A stretch of 64,000 bases of DNA from Pseudomonadota bacterium (lineage in GTDB: Bacteria; Desulfobacterota; Desulfobacteria; Desulfobacterales; JBDRRP01), in the NCBI GenBank assembly GCA_043825735.1, contig JBDRRP010000129.1, positions 62,001 through 126,000 on the forward strand. The letters are read 5' to 3'. The notes under the pieces were generated by a model, which saw only the letters and a list, made by a program, of their open reading frames with translations, was not told the DNA's origin and did no database searches. This document shows, piece by piece, positions 9,810 through 20,220 of this stretch. A program made the position numbers and the translations under genes. Each line of letters begins with the position of its first letter. Position 1 is the stretch's first letter.

Positions 9810-10943
9810 TCAGCCCTCACCCGCCAGTTTTTTACGGATGGTCGCCACCAGATCGCCCCGCCCCTGCGCCGCCAACGGTTCCAGCAACTCCCGGTAAAAA
9901 TGGTCGCGTCCCCAGATGGTGATATCGAATCCCTCGAAGTGCTCCGGGGTTACCCTATCCTCCACGAAAGCCCGGGTGTCCTGAAGCCGGCCAATGGCAG
10001 TAAGCTCGGTCATGGTGCGCACGCACTTTTCGCACCGGCCGCAGTTGAGCCGGTCGGGCACGTTGGCCAGACAGACCCTGAAGTTGTTGAACGCCGCGGG
10101 CCAGTCGGCCACGATGCGGTGCTTGTCGAGCCGGCTCAGGGCCAGGTCCCGGTGGCGGATGCTCAGGCGCTGTGAACTGTACTCGGGATCCAGAATGGGG
10201 TGGGAGCCGCAGGGGTGCAGATGAGGGATGTGATAGGAGGACGCGATGAACAGCAGTTCCAGCCGACCGGCCATGGCATGACCGGCTGCGGCCAGCACGG
10301 CACCGAAGAAATAATTGAGCCACAGGTCCCGCTGGTCGCAAAGATGGCGCACGTTGGTGTAGACCGGCACCAGGGTGATGCCGGCATCGGCGGCCACAGT
10401 CTCCATGGCCACCACGGCCCGGTCGAACACCGGATACTTGGCGCCCCGGGCCACCACCCCGCCGATGTCAAAACCGTGCACCATGAGACCGTCTTCGACA
10501 TACCAGGGATCTTCGGGCCGGTAATGAAGCCGGTTGAGCCGCAGGGCCGCCAGTGAATCGATGCCGCCGCTGAGGCACAGGCCTGCCCTGAAAGACCCTG
10601 GTTCCGGCGGCAGCGCCGGAGGCCGGTCGGCGGCCTCGATGACCAGCGGCCGGTAACGGCCGCCGCTCCAGTGCGCCAGGATCCCCATGGCGGTGGCGAG
10701 GCCTTCCTTCAACCCTGGGCAGAGCCCTTGATCAACGGCAAGGCGCCGCTCCCCGAAATGAAGGGCCGGCACCAGGCAGCCGACGGCAAAGGCTTCGGCG
10801 CCGTCGGCCAAATCCTGTCCGAAGGCCGCCGTGGTTTCAAAAAAGACATAATCATCCGGCCGCGGGGTGTCTTCCCAACACAACCTGGCGGCCAGCCGGC
10901 TGCGGCCCGGATGAGTTGTCACCGATATATCGCTGATGCGCAT
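9810..10943 (-). CDS. hypothetical protein with PP-loop and QueC-like Cys cluster
   Basis: LSGGIDS motif and RVC...NCGRCEKCVRT. Confidence 0.75.
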   Translation of the reverse strand: MRISDISVTTHPGRSRLAARLCWEDTPRPDDYVFFETTAAFGQDLADGAEAFAVGCLVPALHFGERRLAVDQGLCPGLKEGLATAMGILAHWSGGRYRPLVIEAADRPPALPPEPGSFRAGLCLSGGIDSLAALRLNRLHYRPEDPWYVEDGLMVHGFDIGGVVARGAKYPVFDRAVVAMETVAADAGITLVPVYTNVRHLCDQRDLWLNYFFGAVLAAAGHAMAGRLELLFIASSYHIPHLHPCGSHPILDPEYSSQRLSIRHRDLALSRLDKHRIVADWPAAFNNFRVCLANVPDRLNCGRCEKCVRTMTELTAIGRLQDTRAFVEDRVTPEHFEGFDITIWGRDHFYRELLEPLAAQGRGDLVATIRKKLAGEG

Positions 10944-11016
10944 GGCGCCGTTGCCTTTCTATGCCCGAACTCGATGCGCTTATAAATAGCTTTTCAGGCG
11001 TTATGCCGGCGTTATT

Positions 11017-12180
11017 TCAAATGACTGCACCACCATCGATCTGTTCCTCCGGCATCCAGAACCCGATCTCCTTTCCCATGGCCTCGCTGAACACGGTGGC
11101 CACCTTCCGGGTGCGGTTGCGGATGGCGATCTTCTGAGTGGCGACATTGTCCTCGGCGATGATGGAAAAAATCTTTCTGCCGTCGGCGCGGTGCGTGAGT
11201 CCCTCCAGAAGCCGGGTCCCGATGCCCAACCCCCGGTACTCGGGGCGCACCGATGTGTAGCCCCGTTCCAGATGCCGGGAAAAATCCAAACCGTAGCGCT
11301 CGCGCACCGTGGCGATGTATTCCTCACGGGGGTGCTTGAGGCTGGAATTGCCAACGATCTGTCCCTGCTCGGTGACGTAGGCGATAAGAAAAGCCCGCTC
11401 CAGGTTGTGGCGTACCCAACGGGTGTCCACCGACCCTCCGGCCGCCACCATGCGGCAAATCTCGTCCAGAACCCCGGGGGCCAACGCTTCCGGCGGGAGA
11501 AAATGCCACGCCAGGTCAGTGCCGATTTCCCACAGCGCGTCGGTTGCCGGATCCACGCGCCATCGGCGCACCCGATCCTTCCCGCAGCGGTTAAGCATTG
11601 TCAGCAGCCTGCCCGGCGTGCCCAGACGGCGCCACAGGGGCACTCCTGGCAGCGGCATCACGTCGCCATACCCGGACGTGATCGGGTGGGCGTCAGGCAC
11701 CTGGCCGAACGCGTCCGCATGGCCCCCCACCTGCCAGGAATGGACGATATTGGGGCTGCCGGCGGCAAACGCCGTCAGGGCGTCGCCGGCCTCGGCCGCT
11801 CCAGCGAGCCGCAGATGGCTCCAGATACCCTGGCGGGATGCCGCAATGAGGCCCTCACGCTCGTTTCGATGGTCTCCGCCCGGCACCGGTGACCAGCAGA
11901 TCAGCCGAACGCCGGCGGCCCAGGCCGCGGCCAGCGACTTGCCGTCGACACCGGCCAGCAAAAGGCTCGCCCCCAGCGGCACGCGGCCGTCACTGACCGA
12001 CAACGCCGCCAGGGCCGTGGCGATCACCACCGGCCGGTCCCACAGCACCGCCGGCGCGGTGGCGGCTGCCGCCAGATGCGCGGCAACGTCCTCCGGTGTG
12101 GCCACGTGTACCGCCGGACCCCTGTCGAAAAGGGGTTCAGCGCCGATACACACCGTGTTTTCCAGGGCTTGAAGCTCCAT
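11017..12180 (-). CDS. protein with C-terminal GNAT acetyltransferase domain
   Basis: ERGYTSVRPEYRGLGIGTRLL acetyl-CoA-binding motif A; N-terminal ~225 aa not recognised. Confidence 0.75.
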   Translation of the reverse strand: MELQALENTVCIGAEPLFDRGPAVHVATPEDVAAHLAAAATAPAVLWDRPVVIATALAALSVSDGRVPLGASLLLAGVDGKSLAAAWAAGVRLICWSPVPGGDHRNEREGLIAASRQGIWSHLRLAGAAEAGDALTAFAAGSPNIVHSWQVGGHADAFGQVPDAHPITSGYGDVMPLPGVPLWRRLGTPGRLLTMLNRCGKDRVRRWRVDPATDALWEIGTDLAWHFLPPEALAPGVLDEICRMVAAGGSVDTRWVRHNLERAFLIAYVTEQGQIVGNSSLKHPREEYIATVRERYGLDFSRHLERGYTSVRPEYRGLGIGTRLLEGLTHRADGRKIFSIIAEDNVATQKIAIRNRTRKVATVFSEAMGKEIGFWMPEEQIDGGAVI

Positions 12181-12441
12181 GGCAGCGGAGCATAATGGGA
12201 ATGCCCGCGGCTGTCAAATACCGAACTATATGGAGTTTTATCTGGCTTTTTTCCAACAAATCCGTATCATCTGGGAGACTCGGGGCGGGGGATCTTCGGA
12301 CGTCTCAACGCCGGCGGCCCGCGCCCCACCCCGCCGGCTGAACCAGGCGATTCACCGTTGCTTTGCCTCAAGGCCCGGCTTTGAAAAACCTGCCACCTCC
12401 GCGTCCGGAACCATGCTCCGGCCGTCATGAGGAGGATACGT

Positions 12442-13278
12442 ATGAATCATTCACTACGGCAGATCCGCCGGAAGGCGGTCATCTTGACAGCAGCCGCGCT
12501 GCTGGGGCTGGGCACCATCGCCGGCGGCGCCGAACCCGTGAGCACCAACTCATTGGGGATGACATTCGTGCGCATTTCCGGCGGCAGTTTCATGATGGGC
12601 AGCCCATGGACGGAAACCGACCGGGGCCCGTCGGAAAACCGGCATGAGGTCATGATCACCAAGGACTACTACCTTCAGACCACGGAAGTCACATTGGGGC
12701 AGTGGCGGGCGATCATGGGCAGCGACTTTTTCGGAGGCCGAAAAGGCGATGACAACACGCCTGTGGTCAGGGTATCCTGGTTCGACGCTCAGGAATTCAT
12801 CAAAAAGCTCAACCACCGCAATGAGGGCCACTACCGGCTGCCCACAGAGGCCGAATGGGAATACGCCGCCCGGGCGGGCACCGACAGCGCCTACCCCTGG
12901 GGGGAGACGGCCGACTGCAGCCGGGCCATGTTCAGCAACAACCCGCTCAAATCGGAAGACTGTGCGGCGGTGGTCCAGGCCAAAGGGCTGGCGGTGGGAC
13001 AGCCGGCGCCGGTGGGGCAATATCCACCCAACGCCTGGGGGCTCTACGACATGGCCGGTAACGTCTGGGAATGGGTAGCCGACTGGTACGGCCCCTATGA
13101 TCCCGATAAACTCGTTGACCCCACAGGACCGCCCTCCGGAAACGCGCGAGTCAAACGCGGCGGCAGCTGGTTCAAATACGGTCATTACTGCAGATCCGCC
13201 AACCGCAACGCCGTACACCCGGGCACCCGATTTCGAACGACGGGATTTCGACTGGTACGCACCGAAGCTGCCAACTAA
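12442..13278 (+). CDS. formylglycine-generating enzyme (SUMF1/FGE-sulfatase) domain protein, exported
   Basis: FMMGSP, TEVT, PVVRVSWFDA, RLPTEAEWEYAARAG, NAWGLYDMAGNVWEW, RGGSW and GFRLV motifs; GAGGAGG RBS; signal-like N-terminus. Confidence 0.9.
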   Translation: MNHSLRQIRRKAVILTAAALLGLGTIAGGAEPVSTNSLGMTFVRISGGSFMMGSPWTETDRGPSENRHEVMITKDYYLQTTEVTLGQWRAIMGSDFFGGRKGDDNTPVVRVSWFDAQEFIKKLNHRNEGHYRLPTEAEWEYAARAGTDSAYPWGETADCSRAMFSNNPLKSEDCAAVVQAKGLAVGQPAPVGQYPPNAWGLYDMAGNVWEWVADWYGPYDPDKLVDPTGPPSGNARVKRGGSWFKYGHYCRSANRNAVHPGTRFRTTGFRLVRTEAAN

Positions 13279-13290
13279 GGGTTTTGCCAA

Positions 13291-16200
13291 ATGGTAAAAA
13301 AAATGACGGCGTGGCTGGGCGTCTACGAGGAAGAAATCCAGCTCTTTCTCTGGACGTTGGCGGTGATGTTCATCGTACGCGTCTCCGGCATCCTTCTCAC
13401 CAATTATTCCGAAACGGCCTTTCTCAAGCGCTACGGCGTCGAGTACATGCCCATGGTCAACATGGTCAACGCCGTGGCCACGCTGTTTGTCATGGGCTTC
13501 ATTGCCGGGCTCATGCAAAAGCTCTCCGGCGCGGCCCTGCTGGCCCGGATGTTCGTGTTCTGCGGCGTGACCGTGGGGCTCATCCGGGCGGTGATTCCTC
13601 TTGGCATTGACCTGGTCTACCCGCTGCTGTTCATGCTCAAGGCCCAATACGAGGTCCTTCTGGCGATGCTGCTGTGGAATCTGGCCAATGACCTCTTCAA
13701 CACCCAGCAATCAAAGCGCCTGTTCCCTCTGGTGACCGCGGGCGGTGTGGTCGGCCAGATCATCGGCAGTTTCGGGACGCCGTGGTTTGCCCGCACCCTC
13801 CGGTTTGACAATCTGCTGCTGGCCTATCTGGTGATCTGCTTCGCCGGCGCGGTCCTGGTGCAGCAGATGGCGCGCAAGTTCCCGACCCTGCTCTCGGGGG
13901 GCGGGAAAAAGAAAAAGGGGACAAAGCAGAAGACCTCGATGATCGAGGAAATGCGGCGGGTATGGCCGATGATGAAGGCGTCCACCCTGGTCAAGATCAT
14001 GGTGCTGCTCACCCTGCTTCCCAACGTGGTCGCCCCCATTATCGCCTACCAGTTCAACTATGCCGTCAACGACCAGTTCGCCACTGAAACCGGCCTGCTC
14101 CAGTTTTTCGGCTATTTTCGCGGGGTGATGAACATCGTCAGCCTGGTGATCCTCATGTTCGTGGGCAAAATCTACGGCCGCTGGGGCCTTCCGGTGGCGC
14201 TCATGTTTCACCCCTTCAATTACGTGCTGGCGTTCCTCTCTTATCTCCTGCGCTTCGATGTCATCTCGGCCATGTACGCACAGATGTCGACCCAGATTCT
14301 GCGCCTCACCATCAACATCCCGGCCACGGCCGTGGTTACCGGGCTCTTTCCCGAGTCCTTCCGGGCCATGGTACGCCCATTTCTCAGGGGAACGGTGGTG
14401 CGCATCGGACTGTTTACAGGCTCGACGCTAATCCTCATTTCGGACAAGCTGTTCCATCCCCGCTACCTGTCGCTGGTGGCCTTGCCCTTCGTTTTAGCCT
14501 GGCTGAGCGCCCCCTTCTGGCTGAAACGGCGCTATACGGACATTCTCACCGACCTGGTCGCCGGAAACATGAGCGATCTGAAGTCCATGGAAACCGGCGA
14601 CATCCATCAGCTCTTCCGGGATGCGTCCATGCGCCGGCGACTGCGGGAAGATTTTATCCGCAGCCGCCCGGAGGACTGCATCTGGTACGGCCAACTCCTG
14701 AAGACCGTAGCGGACGAAGAACTCGATCAGCTGGTGCTGGAAAAACTGGAAGAGGCCGACACCGAAACACGGATTCAGCTCCTGGATCTGCTGACGGCAG
14801 CCAATCCGGCGGCTCTGGCGGTTCTGGAAAAACTGATCCGGCAGACGGATTCCCGGCTGCAGGTCGCCGCCGTCACCACCCTGGTGCGGCTGACGCCGGG
14901 GGCCGGCAGGGAGCAGATCGACCTGGTCCCCCTCCTCGACGATCCCTCCCCGGACGTGCGGGCCCAAACCGCCGCGGCCCTCTTGCCCACCGACCAGCCG
15001 CGTTACCGGGGCCTGATTCAGCAATGGATCGATCACCCGGATGCCGACATCCGAAAAGCCGGCGTCATCGCCGCCGGGGTGTCCGAAGACCCGGTGTTCA
15101 TTGAGCCCTTGTCGCTGCTGCTGCCGAATGAAGCCTCCGCCGTCATCAGCGGTGTCACGCTCGAAGCACTGCGCCGGATAAAGACGCCCGAGTTGAATAA
15201 AATCGCCGAACCTTACTTGCACCACCCGTCCCCAGAGGTGCGACAGGCCGCACTCGCCGCCTTTCAGATCAACGACAAAGATGCCCTGGAACAGGTCATC
15301 CCACTGCTCGGCGACCCTGCGAAACCGGTCAGCGCCATGGCAAAGAAACAGATCATCGCGGCCCCCTTCCAGGACGGCAAGCAGCTTATCAAATCACTGA
15401 GTACCCCCAGACGCAAGGTCCGCGAAGAAATCTTCAGCCTGCTTTCCGTTTTGGACATCAAAGCACTGGATGTGGTGCGATTTGTAAAGAGTCATGCGGA
15501 GGGGGCGTACAAGTATCTCCTTGAAGCCCGGGCTGCCAGCACCCTGAACGATTGCCCGGAACGTCATTTGCTGGAGGATCATCTGCTCCAGCTGGGCCGG
15601 CTCCAGGTCGAAAATATCATCCGCGTGCTGGCCGCCCAGGACGACTCGGGAAAAATGCGCATCATCAGCCGGGGCTTGCTGTCGACGGATTCTCGGCAGA
15701 ACGCCAACAGCCTGGAAGCGCTGGGGGATGCACTGGACAAATCCATCGCGCGGATACTGATCCCGCTGTTGGACACGTCCCCCATGGACCATAAAATCGC
15801 GGCCGGGAAAAAGTTCTTCAAATTGGATGCCTTTGCCGGAAACGGCGCCGATTTCATCCATCACCTGCTGGCCCAGAAGCACTGGGTCACCCGGGTCATG
15901 GCCCTTGAAGCGGCCACCCGGTGCCCGGTGGACGGCATCGACCCGGAATTGGTCACCGCCGCCACTGCGGATCGGGAAAACAAACAGGTGCGGCTGGCCG
16001 CCCAGCGGCTTCAGCAACGCCTGAGCAACGACACGCAAAACGAGGAGACACACATGGAAGGCCCCATGGCCATTTCGGAAAAAATCCTGTTGCTGAAACG
16101 GATTGACATTTTTGCCGGACTCAGCGTCAGTGAGCTGTCGGCCATCGCCTCGGTCACCGAAGAGATCGATTACATCAAAGACGCGCAGGTAATCCGCGAA

Positions 16201-16503
16201 GGCGATACCGGCGATGCCCTCTACCTGATCATCAGCGGCAAAGTGGCGGTGGTGAAAAAACTGGAGGACGGCACGGAGATGGAACTCGACCAGATCGCCT
16301 CGGGCGACTATTTCGGCGAGATGGCCCTTTTCGAAGACACCAAACGATCGGCCAGTATCGTCACCCTTGAAGGCACCCGGCTGCTGTTTTTGCACAAGCA
16401 GGATTTTAACGATATGGTGCGCGAATACCCGCAGATCGCCCTGGCCATCTGCAACGCACTCAGTGATCGTATCCGCAAACTGCACCAGAAAATGAAGGCT
16501 TAA
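13291..16503 (+). CDS. NTT/TLC (MFS-like) membrane domain + HEAT repeats + cyclic-nucleotide-binding domain protein
   Basis: About 12 TM N-terminus with WNLANDLFNTQQSKRLFPLV; HEAT-like repeats (LLDDPSPDVRAQTAAAL, YLHHPSPEVRQAAL); cNMP domain with FGEMALFEDTKRSASI. Confidence 0.88.
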   Translation: MVKKMTAWLGVYEEEIQLFLWTLAVMFIVRVSGILLTNYSETAFLKRYGVEYMPMVNMVNAVATLFVMGFIAGLMQKLSGAALLARMFVFCGVTVGLIRAVIPLGIDLVYPLLFMLKAQYEVLLAMLLWNLANDLFNTQQSKRLFPLVTAGGVVGQIIGSFGTPWFARTLRFDNLLLAYLVICFAGAVLVQQMARKFPTLLSGGGKKKKGTKQKTSMIEEMRRVWPMMKASTLVKIMVLLTLLPNVVAPIIAYQFNYAVNDQFATETGLLQFFGYFRGVMNIVSLVILMFVGKIYGRWGLPVALMFHPFNYVLAFLSYLLRFDVISAMYAQMSTQILRLTINIPATAVVTGLFPESFRAMVRPFLRGTVVRIGLFTGSTLILISDKLFHPRYLSLVALPFVLAWLSAPFWLKRRYTDILTDLVAGNMSDLKSMETGDIHQLFRDASMRRRLREDFIRSRPEDCIWYGQLLKTVADEELDQLVLEKLEEADTETRIQLLDLLTAANPAALAVLEKLIRQTDSRLQVAAVTTLVRLTPGAGREQIDLVPLLDDPSPDVRAQTAAALLPTDQPRYRGLIQQWIDHPDADIRKAGVIAAGVSEDPVFIEPLSLLLPNEASAVISGVTLEALRRIKTPELNKIAEPYLHHPSPEVRQAALAAFQINDKDALEQVIPLLGDPAKPVSAMAKKQIIAAPFQDGKQLIKSLSTPRRKVREEIFSLLSVLDIKALDVVRFVKSHAEGAYKYLLEARAASTLNDCPERHLLEDHLLQLGRLQVENIIRVLAAQDDSGKMRIISRGLLSTDSRQNANSLEALGDALDKSIARILIPLLDTSPMDHKIAAGKKFFKLDAFAGNGADFIHHLLAQKHWVTRVMALEAATRCPVDGIDPELVTAATADRENKQVRLAAQRLQQRLSNDTQNEETHMEGPMAISEKILLLKRIDIFAGLSVSELSAIASVTEEIDYIKDAQVIREGDTGDALYLIISGKVAVVKKLEDGTEMELDQIASGDYFGEMALFEDTKRSASIVTLEGTRLLFLHKQDFNDMVREYPQIALAICNALSDRIRKLHQKMKA

Positions 16504-16504
16504 G

Positions 16505-17518
16505 ATGGAAATCGCCTTTCTCATGGACCGGCTCGACACCATCGAGCCCACATTCGAAACCACCGCCCACCTCATGTACGAGTGCAACCAGCGGGGACAT
16601 CTGGTATTTTTTCTGGAACCCCACGACGTCTATATCCGAGGCAACGAAGTCGTGGGCCGCATGTGGAACATTACCGTGCCCCCGGACCTGCCCCTGAAGG
16701 CTTACTGGCAGCGGCTTTGCGACTGTGTCACGCGCGAGGACCTGATCTTTGAAACCCTCACCGAACTCGACGCCCTGTTTTTGAGGAAAAACCCGCCCCT
16801 CAACTACCAGACGATGGAATTTTTGAGCGCCGTGGACGACAAGGTGTTCATGATCAACAGCACCACCGGCCAGGTGCTGGGAAACAGCAAGCTGTACACA
16901 CTCAATTTTCCGGACATCATTCCCGAGACCCATGTCTCACGGGATCCCGCCCGGCTGAAAAAAATTATCGAGGACTTCGGCGGTGCCATGGTGGTCAAAC
17001 CCCTGCGACGCTTCGGCGGCGAAGGCGTCATCAAGGTCAGCAACCGCGATCAAGAAAACCTCATTTCCCTGATCAACTATTACACCCGCGCCGGTCGGCC
17101 GTACCCGGACCGGGAACCCATCATGGTTCAGGAATTCCTCCACCTGGTAAAGACCCAGGGTGACGTGCGCATCCTGCTGCTGGACGGTGAAATCCTCGGG
17201 GCCATGCGCCGCATCCCCCGAAACGGCGACTTCAGAACCAATGTCCACGCCGGCGCCGATGTGGCGGTGCACCTGATCACTGATTCCGATCGCGCCATCT
17301 GCCGGGCCATTGCCCCGCGCCTGGTGGCCGATGGCCTGCATTTCGTGGGCATCGACGTCATCGGGGACCGTCTGGTGGAAATCAACTGTGTCAGCCCCGG
17401 GGGCATCCCCCGCATCAACCGCCTCAATAACGTCCGGCTGGAAACTCAGGTCATCGATTTCATCGAAAAGAAAGTCCGGCAGCGGCAGGGGGCCCACCGA
17501 CAGGCGGTGGGGGTATGA
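16505..17518 (+). CDS. gshB: glutathione synthetase-like ATP-grasp ligase
   Basis: IAFLMD, LRKNPP, VVKPL..FGGEGV, MVQEFL, GDVRIL, DFRTNVHAG and FVGIDVIGDRLVEINCVSPGG motifs. Confidence 0.75.
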   Translation: MEIAFLMDRLDTIEPTFETTAHLMYECNQRGHLVFFLEPHDVYIRGNEVVGRMWNITVPPDLPLKAYWQRLCDCVTREDLIFETLTELDALFLRKNPPLNYQTMEFLSAVDDKVFMINSTTGQVLGNSKLYTLNFPDIIPETHVSRDPARLKKIIEDFGGAMVVKPLRRFGGEGVIKVSNRDQENLISLINYYTRAGRPYPDREPIMVQEFLHLVKTQGDVRILLLDGEILGAMRRIPRNGDFRTNVHAGADVAVHLITDSDRAICRAIAPRLVADGLHFVGIDVIGDRLVEINCVSPGGIPRINRLNNVRLETQVIDFIEKKVRQRQGAHRQAVGV

Positions 17519-19239
17519 TCCGGGCACCCCAGCGCATCCTCTCGGTCATCCTCGGAGCGGCTATCCTGCTGAGCGGCGCCTGTGTGGGGGATCCTCCGGC
17601 CGATTTGCTGCGCATCGGCATCCCAGAGGAACCCCGCACGCTGAATATCTGGCTGGCCAGCGATGCCAATTCCGGCAAGGTGTTGGGACTGATCTACCAG
17701 CCCCTCTACCGGCTGGAGCCCAGGCAGATGACCCTGGTCCCCTGGCTCGCCGCTGACCAGCCGGTCTTCGATGCCACCGCCAACAGCTACACGGTGAGCC
17801 TGCGCCCGGCCGCGTGGTCCGACGGCAGCCCCGTGAGCGCAGAGGATATCGTCTTTACCGCCAATCTGATCAAGGATTTCAAAATCCCGCGATTCCTGTC
17901 GGACTGGCGGCTGGTAAAACAGGTCACGGCGATCGATGCACACACCGTGCGATTTACGCTAAAGGACAACACCCCCACCTTCATGACCCGCACCCTCACC
18001 AGCCCCATCGTGAGCCGCAGGGAGTGGACGCCGGTGGCCGAGGCCGCCAGAGCCAGTGAAAAGCCGCTGGCCTATTTTCTGAATCACCGCGTCGAGAGCC
18101 CCCTGGGCAGCGGCCCATTCGTGCTGAAAGAATGGCGGCAGGGAACCTATCTGCACCTGGCGGCCAACCCGCATTTCTTCGGCCATGGACTCACCATCAG
18201 CGGCTACCCTCTGGGCCCTTTCATCGGAGGCATCCTTTTAAAAATTTACGGCACCGCCGATGTTGCCATCCTGGCGCTGAAGAAGGGCGCCATCGACATG
18301 CTCTGGTGGAACATACAGCCCGGCTACCTGTCAGACTTGAAGGATAACGACGCACTGGAGCTGCTGGTCAACGAAAAAAGCGCGCTCTATTTCATGGGGT
18401 TCAATCTGCGCCGCCCCCCCTTCAATGACGTCGCCTTAAGAAAAGCCGTTGCCCTTCTCATCGATCGCAATTTCATTGTCGACCGCATCCTCCAGGGACA
18501 GGGCGAGAAACTCGTGACCGTGGTGCCCCCCGGCAACGCATTCTGGCATAATCCCACCCTGAGCGCACCGGGCGCGGATCTCCTATCCCGGGAGGACCGA
18601 ATCCGCATGGCTCACGGCATCCTGTCGGCCGCCGGATACACATGGGAAACGCCGCCGGTGGGCAGTTCAGGAGCCATCCAGTTGCCGAGCACCATCCTTA
18701 CACCGGCCGGTACGACCATGGACGATGTGACCATCTTGACGCCTCCGGCCGACTATGACCCGCACCGGGCGATGGCCGGCATGATGATCCAGGAATGGAT
18801 GCGGTCGCTGGGAATTCCAGTCATGGCCCGGCCCATGGCCTTCACCGCCATGCTCCAGACCGTCAAGGCCAACCACGATTTCGACGCCTTCGTGCTCGGA
18901 TACGGCCGGCTCAACCTTGACCCGAGCTATGTGCGCACGTTTTTTCACTCCACCAACGACAAACCCCGCGGGTGGAATATGAGCGGCTACCACAACCCGG
19001 TTTTCGACCGCCTGGCGGATGCGTCTATCAAAGAGATGGATCGTAACCTGCGCCGGGAGATCCTGTGGGAGATGCAGCGCATCGTCGGAGAAGACCTGCC
19101 GTACATTCCCCTCTACAATCCCACGGTGGTGGAAGGCGTGCGAAAGGACCGCTTCAGCGGATGGGTGCCCATGATCGAAGGGGTGGGCAATATGTGGAGT
19201 TTCTGCACGCTGAAACCCACCCCAGGGAAGAAGGGGTAA
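17515..19239 (+). CDS. peptide/nickel ABC transporter substrate-binding protein (family 5), lipoprotein-like
   Basis: LSGAC lipobox-like; WSDGSPVSAEDIVFT, GSGPF and FNLRRPPFNDVALRKAV motifs. Confidence 0.9.
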   Translation: MIRAPQRILSVILGAAILLSGACVGDPPADLLRIGIPEEPRTLNIWLASDANSGKVLGLIYQPLYRLEPRQMTLVPWLAADQPVFDATANSYTVSLRPAAWSDGSPVSAEDIVFTANLIKDFKIPRFLSDWRLVKQVTAIDAHTVRFTLKDNTPTFMTRTLTSPIVSRREWTPVAEAARASEKPLAYFLNHRVESPLGSGPFVLKEWRQGTYLHLAANPHFFGHGLTISGYPLGPFIGGILLKIYGTADVAILALKKGAIDMLWWNIQPGYLSDLKDNDALELLVNEKSALYFMGFNLRRPPFNDVALRKAVALLIDRNFIVDRILQGQGEKLVTVVPPGNAFWHNPTLSAPGADLLSREDRIRMAHGILSAAGYTWETPPVGSSGAIQLPSTILTPAGTTMDDVTILTPPADYDPHRAMAGMMIQEWMRSLGIPVMARPMAFTAMLQTVKANHDFDAFVLGYGRLNLDPSYVRTFFHSTNDKPRGWNMSGYHNPVFDRLADASIKEMDRNLRREILWEMQRIVGEDLPYIPLYNPTVVEGVRKDRFSGWVPMIEGVGNMWSFCTLKPTPGKKG

Positions 19240-19242
19240 CCC

Positions 19243-20220
19243 ATGGGTCTAAGACGCTACATGTTGCAGCGGCTTTTAGAGATCACGGTCATTTTCTTCG
19301 TGATCATGACCGTGCTGTTTTTTCTTTTCCGCCTGGCCCCGGGCGATCCGGTGACCCGCATGGTGGACCCCAATCTAACGCCCGAGGATGTCCAACGCCT
19401 CATCGAGCAGTTGGGCCTCAACCAACCGATCTGGCACCAGTATATCCTTTTTTTAGGCAATTTTTTAACCGGCGACATGGGCCTGTCGTTTCACTACGGA
19501 CGACCGGTGATGGAGATCATCTGGGACCGGCTGCCCAACACAGTGCTGCTCTTTACCACGGCCATCATCCTGTCGGCCGCCGCCGGTGTGTGGCTGGGCA
19601 AAATCGCGTCATGGAAAAAGGGCGCGCCCTTTGACACCGGTATTACCATCGCGGCCCTGGTCTGCCACACCCTGTTTCTGCCCTGGCTGGCCTTGCTGCT
19701 GATCTGGCTGCTGGGTTATGCGGTGGGGTGGTTCCCCATCAACGGCATGCTCTCTCCGGAGATCTGGATCAACCCGGAGGCCGGTTGGTGGATGCGAAGC
19801 CTGGACGTGGTCCATCACATGCTGCTGCCGCTGATGACCCTCTTTTTGATCCACTTCGGCAGCTATCTGCTCATCATGCGCAGCGCCATGCTCGATACCC
19901 TCAAAGAGGAATACATCTTCACCGCAAGGGCCAAGGGACTCTCCGACACGGTGATCCGAAACCACCACGCCGCCCCCAATGCCGCCCTGCCGGTGGTCAC
20001 CAGCATCGGCCTGAGCCTGGCGTTTTCCATCAACGGCGGCGCGCTGACCGAAACGGTCTTCTCCTGGCCGGGGATCGGCCGCGAGCTCGTGTTTGCCGTC
20101 AGCAATAACGACTATCCCCTGGCCCTGGCCGCCTTTTTGCTCATCTCCGCGGTAGTACTGGTCGCCAACGTCGTAGTGGATATCCTTTACGCCTACCTGG
20201 ACCCGAGGATCCGATACTGA
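19243..20220 (+). CDS. peptide ABC transporter permease (OppB/DppB-like)
   Basis: APGDP, YIFTARAKGL, ETVFSWPGIG and YAYLDPRIRY motifs. Confidence 0.92.
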   Translation: MGLRRYMLQRLLEITVIFFVIMTVLFFLFRLAPGDPVTRMVDPNLTPEDVQRLIEQLGLNQPIWHQYILFLGNFLTGDMGLSFHYGRPVMEIIWDRLPNTVLLFTTAIILSAAAGVWLGKIASWKKGAPFDTGITIAALVCHTLFLPWLALLLIWLLGYAVGWFPINGMLSPEIWINPEAGWWMRSLDVVHHMLLPLMTLFLIHFGSYLLIMRSAMLDTLKEEYIFTARAKGLSDTVIRNHHAAPNAALPVVTSIGLSLAFSINGGALTETVFSWPGIGRELVFAVSNNDYPLALAAFLLISAVVLVANVVVDILYAYLDPRIRY

